Shown here piece by piece: positions 18,568-28,908 of a DNA stretch of 64,000 bases. The notes beneath the pieces are model-generated. The model worked only from the letters and a program-made list of their open reading frames with translations, ran no database searches and was not told the origin of the DNA. Every line of letters starts with the position of its first letter. Position 1 is the first letter of the stretch. The DNA lies in NCBI GenBank assembly GCA_963663865.1, contig OY760686.1:1696001-1760000 (forward strand), written 5' to 3'. A program made the translations under genes and the position numbers. Source of the DNA: Spirochaetota bacterium (lineage in GTDB: Bacteria; Spirochaetota; UBA4802; UBA5550).

Positions 18568-20190
18568 ATGACCCGAAAGAAACTGCAGGATATGCCTGAA
18601 ACTGCCGCGTTGCAGGAGCACTATGAAAAGATAAGAACCGTTCACATGAGGTCTCTTTTCAGCGAAGACCCGGAAAGGGCCTCCAGATTTACTCTGGAAA
18701 GAGAAGGGATATTTCTCGATTATTCAAAAAACCGGATAAACAGCAAAACAATGGATATGTTGTTTAAGCTTGCCGAAGCCTGTGACCTGAAGCGCGAAAT
18801 TGAAAGGATGTTTTCCGGCGAGAAGATAAATGAAACCGAGGGAAGGCCTGTTCTGCACGTTGCGCTTCGAAATGTGAGCGGTAATCCAGTGCTTGTTGAC
18901 GGAAAGGATGTGATGCCGGGAATAAACTCTGTTCTGGGACGAATGAGGAATCTTTCACTCAAAGTCAGGTCAGGTGAGTGGAAGGGGTACTCTGGGAAGC
19001 CTGTAAAAAACATCGTAAATATCGGCATCGGCGGATCGGACCTTGGACCCGTCATGGTGACAGAGGCTCTGAAGTTCTACTCTGATAGAAATCTCAATCT
19101 GTTTTTCGTTTCAAATGTTGACGGAACTCATATGGCCGAGACTCTCAGAAAGGTTTCGCCCGAGGACACTCTCTTTATTGTCGCGTCTAAGACATTTACT
19201 ACGCAGGAAACAATGACAAACGCGCAGACAGCAAGGGCCTGGTTCCTTCAGAACGGCGGGACAGAGGATGGCATATCCAGGCACTTTGTGGCCCTTTCTA
19301 CGAACGCCGCTGCTGTTGAGGCCTTTGGAATCGATACTGAAAATATGTTTGAGTTCTGGGACTGGGTCGGAGGACGTTACTCGCTGACATCCGCGATAGG
19401 CCTGCCGATAATGATTGCCATAGGTCCCGAAAACTTCGATCTGCTTCTGAAGGGCTATCATGGAATGGATAATCACTTCAGAACAGCTCCGCTTGATGAG
19501 AATATGCCTGTAATCCTCGCGATGCTGGGGATTTGGTACAATAACTTCTTTGGAGCAGAGACTCACGCTGTATTGCCTTACGACCAGTACCTTCACAGGT
19601 TCACGGCCTATCTTCAGCAGGCTGATATGGAGTCAAACGGCAAGTACATTGACAGAAGCGGAAACAGGGTGGCGTATCAGACCGGCCCGGTCATCTGGGG
19701 AGAGCCGGGTACAAACGGACAGCATGCCTTCTACCAGCTGATGCACCAGGGGACAAAGCTCATCCCGGCTGACTTTATATGTTTTGTCAACTCGCTGAAT
19801 AAAGTAGGCGACCACCACAGAAAGCTTCTCGCGAACTTCCTCGCTCAAACTGAAGCGCTCGCGTTCGGGAAAACTGAGCATGAGCTCATGGACGAGGGTG
19901 TTGAGGCAAGGCTGATACCGCATAAGACATTTGAGGGCAACAGGCCGACAAACTCAATTCTCATGGAGAGCCTGACGCCTGAGACACTCGGCGCACTCGT
20001 TGCGCTGTACGAACACAAAATTTTCGTACAGGGAGTTGTCTGGGATGTGTTTTCATTTGACCAGTGGGGCGTTCAGCTTGGAAAGGAGCTTGCTAACAGG
20101 ATACTTCCCGAACTTGAACCGGGCTTTAATGGTGATCTCAGACATGATTCGTCCACTAACTCGTTGATTGAGTACATCAGAAAAGGTTAA
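18568..20190 (+). CDS. pgi: Glucose-6-phosphate isomerase
   Basis: [53 protein letters not shown]. Confidence 0.98.
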   Translation: MTRKKLQDMPETAALQEHYEKIRTVHMRSLFSEDPERASRFTLEREGIFLDYSKNRINSKTMDMLFKLAEACDLKREIERMFSGEKINETEGRPVLHVALRNVSGNPVLVDGKDVMPGINSVLGRMRNLSLKVRSGEWKGYSGKPVKNIVNIGIGGSDLGPVMVTEALKFYSDRNLNLFFVSNVDGTHMAETLRKVSPEDTLFIVASKTFTTQETMTNAQTARAWFLQNGGTEDGISRHFVALSTNAAAVEAFGIDTENMFEFWDWVGGRYSLTSAIGLPIMIAIGPENFDLLLKGYHGMDNHFRTAPLDENMPVILAMLGIWYNNFFGAETHAVLPYDQYLHRFTAYLQQADMESNGKYIDRSGNRVAYQTGPVIWGEPGTNGQHAFYQLMHQGTKLIPADFICFVNSLNKVGDHHRKLLANFLAQTEALAFGKTEHELMDEGVEARLIPHKTFEGNRPTNSILMESLTPETLGALVALYEHKIFVQGVVWDVFSFDQWGVQLGKELANRILPELEPGFNGDLRHDSSTNSLIEYIRKG

Positions 20191-21144
20191 TTGCCGGTGA
20201 ATTTACAGGGTTCCTCCAACAACAGCGGCAGGGAAAAACAGACGTCTTCGTCAGGGCGGCGCGATTCAGTCGAAAGCAAGCTTAAAAGGCTCGATATGCT
20301 CCGGGCTGAGGCCAACAGTGTCAGAGAAAAGGATAAAATAATAATAAGAAGCCTTTTTAAGAACTTTTACCACAAAAAGCTTACGGTAGGTATTGGTTTT
20401 CAGAGGGCTTATGGATCTATTCTCGCTGGTGACTACTTTGACCTGATAAAGCTGCCTGACGCCTCCTACATGTTCGTCTTTGCGGATGTGAGCGGTCATG
20501 GGCTCCCGGCATATACGACGCTTATAAGGCTGCGTTCGGCCATAAGCCTTGCCGTAAAGGAAATGAACCAGCTCTACGCAGAGAGCGGCCGTCTTGACAC
20601 GGCCTTTCTCGTGCATGATATCAACAGCAAGTTTACCGATATTATGGAGGATTCGAATTCGTCGGATTTCGCCTGTGTTAATTTTACCATTATAGCCCAG
20701 GAGAACAACGAATTCGTACTCAGATTTTACAACAGAAGCATGCTTTTCCCAATTGTTGTCAGATCCAGGAAGGGGTCCCTGCCGCGTGTCCTGAATCTTA
20801 ATAATTCACATGAGGGCTGGAAGCCTGAAAAAAGCTTTCTTCTCAGCACCGATCTCAGGGGCCTGATGAAGCAGGAATATGACATGACCCCTGAGTGCAG
20901 GTTTACATTGAGCGAGGGCGATTCCGTGCTTTTTTACAGTGATGGGATAACGGAGGCTTGTGACGCTGAAGGGATCGAGTTTGGAGACAGCGGTGTTGAA
21001 GAGGTCTTGAAGGAGAATGCCGGACTCTTTCCGCAGGTGGTTGTGGATGACCTTTTCAGGTCAGTATATGATTATATTGGAGCACATGAAAGGCAAAAGG
21101 ATGACATGACTGCTGTAATGATCAATTTTCCTTTGCCCGGTTAG
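20191..21144 (+). CDS. Stand-alone SpoIIE/PP2C-family phosphatase
   Basis: AGDYFD, ADVSGHG, YSDGITEA, DDMT; start could be GTG 20197. Confidence 0.88.
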   Translation: MPVNLQGSSNNSGREKQTSSSGRRDSVESKLKRLDMLRAEANSVREKDKIIIRSLFKNFYHKKLTVGIGFQRAYGSILAGDYFDLIKLPDASYMFVFADVSGHGLPAYTTLIRLRSAISLAVKEMNQLYAESGRLDTAFLVHDINSKFTDIMEDSNSSDFACVNFTIIAQENNEFVLRFYNRSMLFPIVVRSRKGSLPRVLNLNNSHEGWKPEKSFLLSTDLRGLMKQEYDMTPECRFTLSEGDSVLFYSDGITEACDAEGIEFGDSGVEEVLKENAGLFPQVVVDDLFRSVYDYIGAHERQKDDMTAVMINFPLPG

Positions 21145-21257
21145 AAATAAAGCCTTGACAATAACTCCCCTGAACATAATTCTTAGCACTGTATAACTTG
21201 CCCTCTTTCTTTACGGATATAACGGCCGGATTGCATATATTATTACTGAGGTGATGA

Positions 21258-22589
21258 ATGGAAAATGTTCTCAAGAAGATTGAAGAGCTGACGCTTTCAC
21301 ACGATAAAATTTCTCCCGAATTGATAAAAGAAAAAAATGTCAAGCTCGGGCTGAGAAATCCGGACGGCACCGGAGTTGTTGTAGGTATAACCACCAAGGG
21401 GAAGGTCGTCGGCTATGAAAAAGGCCCTGACGGAAAAAAGGTTCCAGTCCCGGGCAAACTCTATTATTGCGGTTATGATATAGAAGGCATTATTAAGGAC
21501 GTCATCACAAGAAAGGACTTCGGATTCGAGGAGACTGTATATCTTCTTCTTACAGGCAAATTGCCAAGCCAGAGCTATCTTAACGCCTTTAAGACCATAC
21601 TTGGACAGCGGCGCTGCCTTACAAGGCAGGAACGAAGCGTCATAATGGAAGAGGTTCAGAATGAGAACCAGATGTACGGTCTTCACAGCGTCATATCGCA
21701 TCTTGGAAGATGCGATTCCAATCCGGATTCAGTCGACATCAAGGATGTAAGCAGGCAATGTCTTGATCTGATTGCCAAGTTCCCCACAATAGTAGCGTAT
21801 AATTACAATGTCACAAGGTTCAAACGCGGATACGACTTGAAGATGGTGAGGCCGGTGCCGGAACTCAGCACGGCAGAGAATTTTCTGTACATGCTCAAGT
21901 CCGAGATGCCGGACAGCGACGAAGCCCACCTCTTTGACCTTGCCCTTATTCTTCATGCTGAACATGGCGGAGGCAATAATTCAACATTTGCCGTCAGAAC
22001 CGTATCTTCAAGCGGCGCCAACACCTACATGGCCATTGCGGCAGGCATCGCTTCGCTAAGCGGACATCTTCACGGAGGCGCAAACGAGTCGGTAATGAAG
22101 ATGATGAAGGACTTAAAAAAGAATGTCAGGGAATGGTCAAGCGAAAGTGAAATATCAGCATATATAAACGCAATTCTTGACCGGAAGGCCAATGACGGAT
22201 CAGGAAAGGTTTACGGGCTTGGTCATGCTGTCTATACCCTGTCCGATCCCAGGGCCGAGATACTGAGGGAATACGCCAGAGATTTCGCAAAGAAGAAGGG
22301 CGCTGAAGAGGAGTTCGGACTTTACGAAAATGTTGACCGCATAGCAAGCAGATTACTTTCCGAAAGAAAAGGTGTTCCCATTAAAGCTAATGTGGATTTT
22401 TATTCAGGATTTATATACAGGCTCATAGGCATACCCCAGGAGCTGTTTACTCCAATTTTTGCAATGGCGCGTGTGGCGGGCTGGTCCGCTCACAGGCTTG
22501 AGCAGATTGTGCAGGGTAAAATTATGAGGCCCGCTTACATTGCCGCCAATCAGGAAGATAAGTCCTATTTACCAATCGGAGAAAGGTGA
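21258..22589 (+). CDS. gltA: Citrate synthase
   Basis: LHAEHGGGNNSTF, LHGGANE, GLGHAVY..SDPRA, ANVDFYSG, FAMARVAGWSAH. Confidence 0.93.
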   Translation: MENVLKKIEELTLSHDKISPELIKEKNVKLGLRNPDGTGVVVGITTKGKVVGYEKGPDGKKVPVPGKLYYCGYDIEGIIKDVITRKDFGFEETVYLLLTGKLPSQSYLNAFKTILGQRRCLTRQERSVIMEEVQNENQMYGLHSVISHLGRCDSNPDSVDIKDVSRQCLDLIAKFPTIVAYNYNVTRFKRGYDLKMVRPVPELSTAENFLYMLKSEMPDSDEAHLFDLALILHAEHGGGNNSTFAVRTVSSSGANTYMAIAAGIASLSGHLHGGANESVMKMMKDLKKNVREWSSESEISAYINAILDRKANDGSGKVYGLGHAVYTLSDPRAEILREYARDFAKKKGAEEEFGLYENVDRIASRLLSERKGVPIKANVDFYSGFIYRLIGIPQELFTPIFAMARVAGWSAHRLEQIVQGKIMRPAYIAANQEDKSYLPIGER

Positions 22590-23044
22590 TGACAGATAGC
22601 TTACCGACATGTGAGTTTCCTGCATCAAATCCAGCCGGGCCAGAGGTGGTAGATGTACTGAAAAAATCCAGGCGTATAGCTGTTGTGGGGCTTTCTCCGC
22701 GGCCTGAGCGCGAAAGCAATATGGTTGCGGCATACCTCCTGGAGCATGGATATGATGTAATCCCTGTTAATCCGGCTGAGAGCGAGATTCTCGGAAGACC
22801 ATGCTATCCTGACCTCAGGTCTGTTCCCGTAAAAATTGATATTGTGGACATTTTCAGAAAGACCGACGCCATACCGGAAATTATAGCTCAGGCCCTTGAA
22901 ATCGGGCCTCAATGTGTTTGGCTTCAGTTAGGCCTCGCCTATAACGCCGCCATAGAATCCCTGGCTGAGGCGGGAATCGTGTATGTTCAGTCAAAATGTC
23001 TGAAGATAGAGCATTCCCGTCTTCTCGCAGAAGGGAAACTTTAG
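22586..23044 (+). CDS. CoA-binding protein (YccU-like)
   Basis: IAVVGLSP...S..VA.YL...GY.VIPVNP, DIVDIFR, WLQLG, CLKIEH. Confidence 0.9.
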   Translation: MMTDSLPTCEFPASNPAGPEVVDVLKKSRRIAVVGLSPRPERESNMVAAYLLEHGYDVIPVNPAESEILGRPCYPDLRSVPVKIDIVDIFRKTDAIPEIIAQALEIGPQCVWLQLGLAYNAAIESLAEAGIVYVQSKCLKIEHSRLLAEGKL

Positions 23045-23075
23045 GCCGCTGTCAGGCCTTAGCCGGAGGTAGGCC

Positions 23076-23732
23076 TTGGAAATCTGCCACATCAGCTATT
23101 CCCGACTCTTTGCCTTTCTTGAGAGACAGAACAGGCCTGTGATGGAGATTGACCTTATCAGAGAGTTTATACCGGCTGAAGATACGGCCCGGGGGCCGGA
23201 GTGTTTGTTTCAGAAGCATTTCTCTGTCTATCACGCGCTGCATGTCCTGAAGGGCAAGGCGGGCCGCAGAGGTTACTATCTTCACCTTGATCCTCAAAGA
23301 ATAAGGCTTCTGCCGGTTCCGGGGCAGGGAAGTTGCGGATATTACTACCCGGAAGAAGGCTGCTTCTGTGGAGCGGTGGAGAAGGCCTCGGGACGCTGTG
23401 AGAACCACCTGAGAGCTGACAGCTCCGGTGTAAACCTTCCTGTGCACGATCCTCTGCATGAGTTCTACATGAACAGATCAAACATCTCCTTCGGGGAGTC
23501 CACTGAGCTTGCCGCGAATACGGAGGCGATAAAAAATTACGCGCTCAACAGGGAAGCGGCCGATACAGCTCTTGCTGTTCTGGGCATTTCACGCCCTGAT
23601 CCACGCAAAATAAAGGAGAGGTACCGGGCTGTTGCTCGTGAGGCCCATCCCGACCTTAATGGCGGGGATGATACGAGAATGAAGGAGATAAACGAGGCTT
23701 TCAGCCTGCTTGAGTCAGTTTTTCGCCTTTAG
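23076..23732 (+). CDS. DnaJ-related domain protein with C-terminal J domain
   Basis: LFQKHFSVYHAL (DNAJ-related N domain), IKERYR...AHPDLNGGD...INEAF; TTG start. Confidence 0.8.
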   Translation: MEICHISYSRLFAFLERQNRPVMEIDLIREFIPAEDTARGPECLFQKHFSVYHALHVLKGKAGRRGYYLHLDPQRIRLLPVPGQGSCGYYYPEEGCFCGAVEKASGRCENHLRADSSGVNLPVHDPLHEFYMNRSNISFGESTELAANTEAIKNYALNREAADTALAVLGISRPDPRKIKERYRAVAREAHPDLNGGDDTRMKEINEAFSLLESVFRL

Positions 23733-23776
23733 AAATCACCTTGACTGCGAAGGCGGAGATTGATATTATAAACTCT

Positions 23777-24910
23777 ATGAAAGAAAGTGAAAAGTTTACA
23801 TTTATCATTAACCGGGGCATAAAGGAAGGCTTCGAGGTTCTTGAACTCAGAAAAATGGATTTTCTGCAGATGACAGCCGGGCTGCTCAGAAAACCCAGAA
23901 AGGTCTTTCTCGGACTTGGTGATTTTCTCGAAGTAGGGGATTACAGCAAGCTCCTTGACACCCTGTTTTTCAATGTTGAAGGAGTGAAAATAGAGAAGCT
24001 TCTGGATGAGTATAACCGCAAGATATCAGCGGACGGCAATATCCCTCTGTCCTTTTTTAAAATCGCCGTTTACTATCCGGACTTTCTCCTGAAGGATGTT
24101 CCGACGTTCTGCGTTTCCGTTATTGGAAAAAAATCCCGGCTCTTCCCCGGAGCTGAAAATTTCATCAGATACATCAAGGACTTCGATCCGCTGATTCTTA
24201 CGGCAATGCCCTATGAAATAGCGATTGAGTTCGGACGCCGTTTGGACTTGAATGACGAAAATCTTCTTTCGACGAGCTACATTACAAGGCGCGGGGGCCG
24301 TCTGAAGGATGTCTATGCTGGCGGAGTTAACAGGTTCGTTTCCGGAAACCGCAAGGCCATCGAGATTGAGAAGCGGCTTACAGGGCTTGATCTCAGAAAT
24401 GAAGACGCCGTCTACATAGGAAGAGGAGAAGCGGGGGTCAAAACATTCTCGCATGTCAACTCCGTTGCCTTTAATCCGCCGGTGAATATAATGCCTGAAT
24501 CCAGGATTACACTTTACGGCTCATCCCTTGAGTCTCTCTTAGTCCTTTTTAATTTCGGAGATAAACATGCCAGGCTGTTGATTTCTGACGCGTGGGAGCA
24601 GTATATGCCCTCTCTTATTGTTTATTCTGAAGTTAAAGAGAAGTCCGAAGAGCTTATTGAGATTGAGAAGATGCACCTGAAATGGCAGGACAACATTATT
24701 GCCCAGAGAATCGAACATTCCGGTGAAAGCTACAAGTCAGTTGAACGGGAGATTGAGGTAATACTCGGGGGATACTTTGTCGATATGAAGGAAGTACGTG
24801 AAATGATAAACAGCCGAATGAAGGCGTATCGGAACTCTCCAGAAGCCCTCATGGAAGAAATTTACAGGATGGCATCAGCGCGGTACACCAATCTGTGTTC
24901 CGCGCGATAG
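23777..24910 (+). CDS. Hypothetical protein with degenerate HAD-like fold
   Basis: Long ORF; LFPGAENFI, LILTA, VYIGRGEAG and SVAFNP resemble HAD motifs without the catalytic Asp residues. Confidence 0.65.
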   Translation: MKESEKFTFIINRGIKEGFEVLELRKMDFLQMTAGLLRKPRKVFLGLGDFLEVGDYSKLLDTLFFNVEGVKIEKLLDEYNRKISADGNIPLSFFKIAVYYPDFLLKDVPTFCVSVIGKKSRLFPGAENFIRYIKDFDPLILTAMPYEIAIEFGRRLDLNDENLLSTSYITRRGGRLKDVYAGGVNRFVSGNRKAIEIEKRLTGLDLRNEDAVYIGRGEAGVKTFSHVNSVAFNPPVNIMPESRITLYGSSLESLLVLFNFGDKHARLLISDAWEQYMPSLIVYSEVKEKSEELIEIEKMHLKWQDNIIAQRIEHSGESYKSVEREIEVILGGYFVDMKEVREMINSRMKAYRNSPEALMEEIYRMASARYTNLCSAR

Positions 24911-24922
24911 GCCGTAACCTGA

Positions 24923-25417
24923 TTAGCAGCAGCAGCCGTCTTCGCCGCAGGAACCTTCACCGCATGAAGAGCAGCCTGAACCGTACTTCGGCGAGTCATT
25001 GATGTCGACAACCTTGACTTTGAAATTCAGAGTCTTGCCGGCCATAGGGTGATTCAGGTCAATAAAAACCTCGGAATCAGTTACCTGTTTGATCTGTGCC
25101 GGCATTGTCATGCCGTTTGCCATACCAACCTCAATTACCATTCCTTCCTGAGGTTCAAAGCTCTGTCTGACCTGATCAATCGGCATCGGCTGTACTCTCG
25201 CGTCGTCGTATTCTCCGTATGCTTCGGCTGGTTCAATGCGGACCTCTTTTTCTTCGTCAAGATTCATGTCCGCAACAGCTTTGTCAAGTCCCGGGATAAT
25301 CATGCCTGAACCGATTTCAAACTCCAGAAGATCTCCGTCCTCATTTGAGTCAAAAACCTCCTTGTTGTCAAAAAAACCGGTATATTTTATCGCCGCGAAT
25401 TTTCCGTTTTCAATCAT
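24923..25417 (-). CDS. slyD: FKBP-type peptidyl-prolyl isomerase, SlyD-like
   Basis: FDSN, IIPGLD, AEAYGE, DLNHPMAGKTLNF; Cys-rich tail. Confidence 0.88.
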   Translation of the reverse strand: MIENGKFAAIKYTGFFDNKEVFDSNEDGDLLEFEIGSGMIIPGLDKAVADMNLDEEKEVRIEPAEAYGEYDDARVQPMPIDQVRQSFEPQEGMVIEVGMANGMTMPAQIKQVTDSEVFIDLNHPMAGKTLNFKVKVVDINDSPKYGSGCSSCGEGSCGEDGCCC

Positions 25418-25581
25418 GATGCCTCCATTTGTTTTTGATTATTTTTGGTTAAGGATATTTAAGGGAGGAAACGTAAAGTGTTAACTACCTTTATTTGATT
25501 ATGCCACATTATCGGGATATGGCTTAATGTAAAGGAATAAAAGTGACGGTTAAGGGCCTTTATGTTGAATATGAAAAATTA

Positions 25582-25860
25582 TTAGAGGATATATCCTGGA
25601 GGGTATACCCTTCTATCGCTCTCCCTGCGTTCGCCAACCCTTCTATCAAGGGCCCCGTCAGATAGACGTCTGTCGAAGAGTTCTGCGGCTGCTCTGATGG
25701 ATGGATGCCTACGGTCTTCAATTCTGCGGTCAGAAACCCGCCTTTCGCTTGCGCGTTTGTCGAATAAAATTGCATTGTTACGCGAACTTATGTATCTGTA
25801 GACCATCAAAGCCGCTCCGGCGGTGATCAACAGGAAGAAAGCGAATGTTACAGCAGTCAT
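25582..25860 (-). CDS. Small membrane protein with ERR/DRR (RxxxR) repeats
   Basis: RBS GAGGAGG; N-terminal TM helix; seven (D/E)RR units. Confidence 0.7.
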   Translation of the reverse strand: MTAVTFAFFLLITAGAALMVYRYISSRNNAILFDKRASERRVSDRRIEDRRHPSIRAAAELFDRRLSDGALDRRVGERRESDRRVYPPGYIL

Positions 25861-25938
25861 ATCTGCCTCCTCGAATGATTGTTGAAGTAAATATATTCAA
25901 GTATGGACGGGGCGGCAAGTTTTCTGCATCCAGTAGCT

Positions 25939-27033
25939 TTATTTTGAAACAGAATCGAAAAATTCAGTATAGTGAACCTCGCTAAGCGCGTCAATATCCT
26001 CAATAAAAAAACCAATTCTAATGCTGTTGTTCTGACCGGGCGCGATATTTTTTACGGTTGCGAGGATTGAAGCCTTTTTGTTTTCTGGAAGAATCATATC
26101 AAGGCTGATCTGGGAGTTTAGCTTGAAATATCTGATAAATTTGCGCTCCTTTATGGTGATCCCAAAGCCTGAGGGGGATACATTCGAAACGAGCATTCTC
26201 TCTTCAGAAGGTTTGAATATTTTGTACTCCCTGAACACCCTGTCGGCGAAAAGACAGAATTTCCGGACATGAGCTGAGTAGGTGCTGTCTATCGGGCTGA
26301 GTGAATTTACGGTGATATATCCATAGGGTAGTTTCCCGTAGAGAAGCATCGGAACCGATACCTCAGAGATGTAATCAGGGTTCTCTTTTAGAAAGTTGTC
26401 GTTGGGAATAATGTTACTCCTGTAGTATGAGTAGTCTGACTCCTTTCCTGCCGGGGCATTAGTTTGTATGTTTTCGATATAGATGGGTGTTCGCCTCAGG
26501 TTGAAGTAGTGCATTCTCTTGTCGTTGTGGGATTCATTCATTAAAAAGAGCCTCATTTTATGCATCGGGCTGCCGAATTCGGAATTGATGATGTCCCTGA
26601 TCTGGTCGGTCTTTTTCAGAGAAAGGGCGAGCGTGTTTTCAACAATGAAATCTGCTATTATATTTGTTATAAATGCCAGTTTACGGTTGCCTTCACCTTC
26701 TGCAACCGGGGTTCTTGTCTCAGCTCTGGACTGTGAAATTATCTGAACTCGTGTAGGCTTAAGAATAAAGAGATTTTCTTCCTGTTTCTCTACGTTATTA
26801 AGAAAAGCATAGAAAACCTCAGTGCCAAGCCTTGTGAAAATTATAACTTCCCCGTTAATTGTTTTTATATGGGGGATTTTGAACGCCGCTGTTTCGCCGC
26901 TGAATCCGAGATAACGTACCGGCATTTTGCCGTCTTTTAACCTGAGAAATATCTCCCTCCCGCTGAAGTATTTGGTGAAAAGATCGGGAAAGTTATCGGT
27001 CAGTGTCTGACTGGTTAGATTGGACTGTTTCAT
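25939..27033 (-). CDS. DUF1577-like PilZ/GAF-related protein
   Basis: RAETR (RxxxR), GAF-like ISEVSVPML..YGYI.VN, C-terminal NVSPSGFGI and IRIGFFI PilZ-like barrel. Confidence 0.65.
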   Translation of the reverse strand: MKQSNLTSQTLTDNFPDLFTKYFSGREIFLRLKDGKMPVRYLGFSGETAAFKIPHIKTINGEVIIFTRLGTEVFYAFLNNVEKQEENLFILKPTRVQIISQSRAETRTPVAEGEGNRKLAFITNIIADFIVENTLALSLKKTDQIRDIINSEFGSPMHKMRLFLMNESHNDKRMHYFNLRRTPIYIENIQTNAPAGKESDYSYYRSNIIPNDNFLKENPDYISEVSVPMLLYGKLPYGYITVNSLSPIDSTYSAHVRKFCLFADRVFREYKIFKPSEERMLVSNVSPSGFGITIKERKFIRYFKLNSQISLDMILPENKKASILATVKNIAPGQNNSIRIGFFIEDIDALSEVHYTEFFDSVSK

Positions 27034-27252
27034 CTGTGATATGGAAATCCTTCTCCGCGGATAATCAGGAGTATTCAGTTTTTTTCAGGTTCGAAGTATT
27101 CATCTGTCCTGTCGGGCATGCATCAACATTGTCTGTTATTCTATGGCTGATTATTCATTAAGCAAGGATTATTTATAAGAGAAATGTTTTTTAGTCTTAA
27201 AAAAGCATCAAAACACTATTAAACAGATTACAAAATGCAGGAGTGCATTTTA

Positions 27253-28908
27253 TTAGAATTTTGCGCGGTTTAATATTTCCCTGCTGGGTGCGATGTTCTT
27301 TTTTGTTAGAAATGATTCTAACTCCTGCATTGAGCTGAAGGGCCTGTTCATAAGGATTTCTGAAGCTCCCTTACGGCTTATTCCAGGTATATGCTCAAGG
27401 GCCTTAGCGGACAGGTCATTGAACCGGAACGGGACTGGCAGACAGGTGAGAGAACGCTCGCGGTGTCCGACAACAACAGAATCAACAAAGCTTCCTTCAG
27501 GAAGGTTCACCGGGTGTTTGACTGTAATGGAATAGCTTGCTATCTGCTTCCCGAGTGAATATTCATTCCGGTTTTCGAGGATTTTATTAGACTTTATAAC
27601 TGTTCCAAGGGGATAAATTCTTTTAAGCATCTCCGTGTCAATTTCCGATCTGATTTTTCCGCGGTAGAACTCAAAACGGGAGACTGTTTTTGAGGTGACC
27701 CTGTACGGAGATATAAACATGCCGGTATCAGGATAGGGTGTGAGCTTCCTTATGTTTATCCTTTTTACCATCAGGCCCTGATTCAGGATTTCGTTGAGGA
27801 TTTCAAAATTTATTTTGAATGTCTCCGTTGTCTCTCCTCTGAGGCCGTGTATCAGATTAATTCCTGGAAGAATGGCGGGGATTCCATTTCTTCTTTCTCC
27901 GCCGGCGCGGTTGATAATTCGTACAGCTTCAACAGCCTGGGCGGGAGTGACCTTCAGGTTGTTTAGCGGGATGAGCCTTGAATCGAAGGACTCAATGCCC
28001 AGCGCCATGGTGTCGCCTTCGCTGACAGCCGCGGCAATGGAAGATATAATCTTCTCAGACCTCTCCGGGAAGTTTACGATTGTTCCCGGGTTGGCATTGT
28101 CAATGTTCAGCACATCAATAAGCCCTCTTTCCCGTCTGCTCTTTAATTCGCCGAAGAGCTCCATGACTGGCGCCGGATCGGGTTCTGGAAATCCGTTAAC
28201 ATATCCTTTTAGTGATGATCCGTACTGGATAATATCTGCCTGTCTGCCTATTCTGAACCTTGTAACACCTGCGGCGATAAGGACGTCGATTTCCCTGAGA
28301 ATGCCCTCAATCGGTCTGAAGTTGATTTCAGGGAAAAGCCCCTCTGAACAGAATGAGCAATGCTGCTCACGCGGGCATCCGCGGTAGGTCTCTATCTCAC
28401 AGATTACGTCAGGAAAGTCCGGGTGCTGTTTGACTATTTGAGCTCCCGCTGCGCACCAGATGTCGGTTTCAGCCGTCGACCTGTAAGGGGCTTCATCCCC
28501 CCCTGAGATTAAAGAAAACGCTGCCTTCTCTATGTCGCCTTTTACCCTTCGGGCGTTAGCGGGCAGGTCAGGCATTGCCGCAGCGACCGGCCCTCCGATA
28601 TGAAATTCCGAGTTCGGATTAACACTGATTATCTTTCTGATCTCCGCCGCTGTCCCGATCTTTGTGCCGAGGTATTTCCCAGGCACTACGGCCCCGCCAA
28701 AAAGAAAAACGGTATCATACTTTGAGGTAAAAGCATAATCAGTTTCTCTGAGAGATGATATGGCGAGGTATGCAATATCCGTCTCAGGGACACCCGCTGT
28801 AAGGAGCGAGCCGTATATGCAGCGGGGGTAGGGAGATATGAACGGCGGTACGCCGAAGCATGCGGGTTCGTCGACAAAACAGTCGAGAATCAGATAGCGT
28901 TTTCGCAT
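27253..28908 (-). CDS. Radical SAM protein with C-terminal helix-hairpin-helix (COG1031-like)
   Basis: ILDCFVDEPACFGVPPFISPYPR, GAVVPGKYL, ETYRGCPREQHCSFCSE, FRIGRQ, IDNANPG, LPGINL, IPGISRK. Confidence 0.85.
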   Translation of the reverse strand: MRKRYLILDCFVDEPACFGVPPFISPYPRCIYGSLLTAGVPETDIAYLAISSLRETDYAFTSKYDTVFLFGGAVVPGKYLGTKIGTAAEIRKIISVNPNSEFHIGGPVAAAMPDLPANARRVKGDIEKAAFSLISGGDEAPYRSTAETDIWCAAGAQIVKQHPDFPDVICEIETYRGCPREQHCSFCSEGLFPEINFRPIEGILREIDVLIAAGVTRFRIGRQADIIQYGSSLKGYVNGFPEPDPAPVMELFGELKSRRERGLIDVLNIDNANPGTIVNFPERSEKIISSIAAAVSEGDTMALGIESFDSRLIPLNNLKVTPAQAVEAVRIINRAGGERRNGIPAILPGINLIHGLRGETTETFKINFEILNEILNQGLMVKRINIRKLTPYPDTGMFISPYRVTSKTVSRFEFYRGKIRSEIDTEMLKRIYPLGTVIKSNKILENRNEYSLGKQIASYSITVKHPVNLPEGSFVDSVVVGHRERSLTCLPVPFRFNDLSAKALEHIPGISRKGASEILMNRPFSSMQELESFLTKKNIAPSREILNRAKF

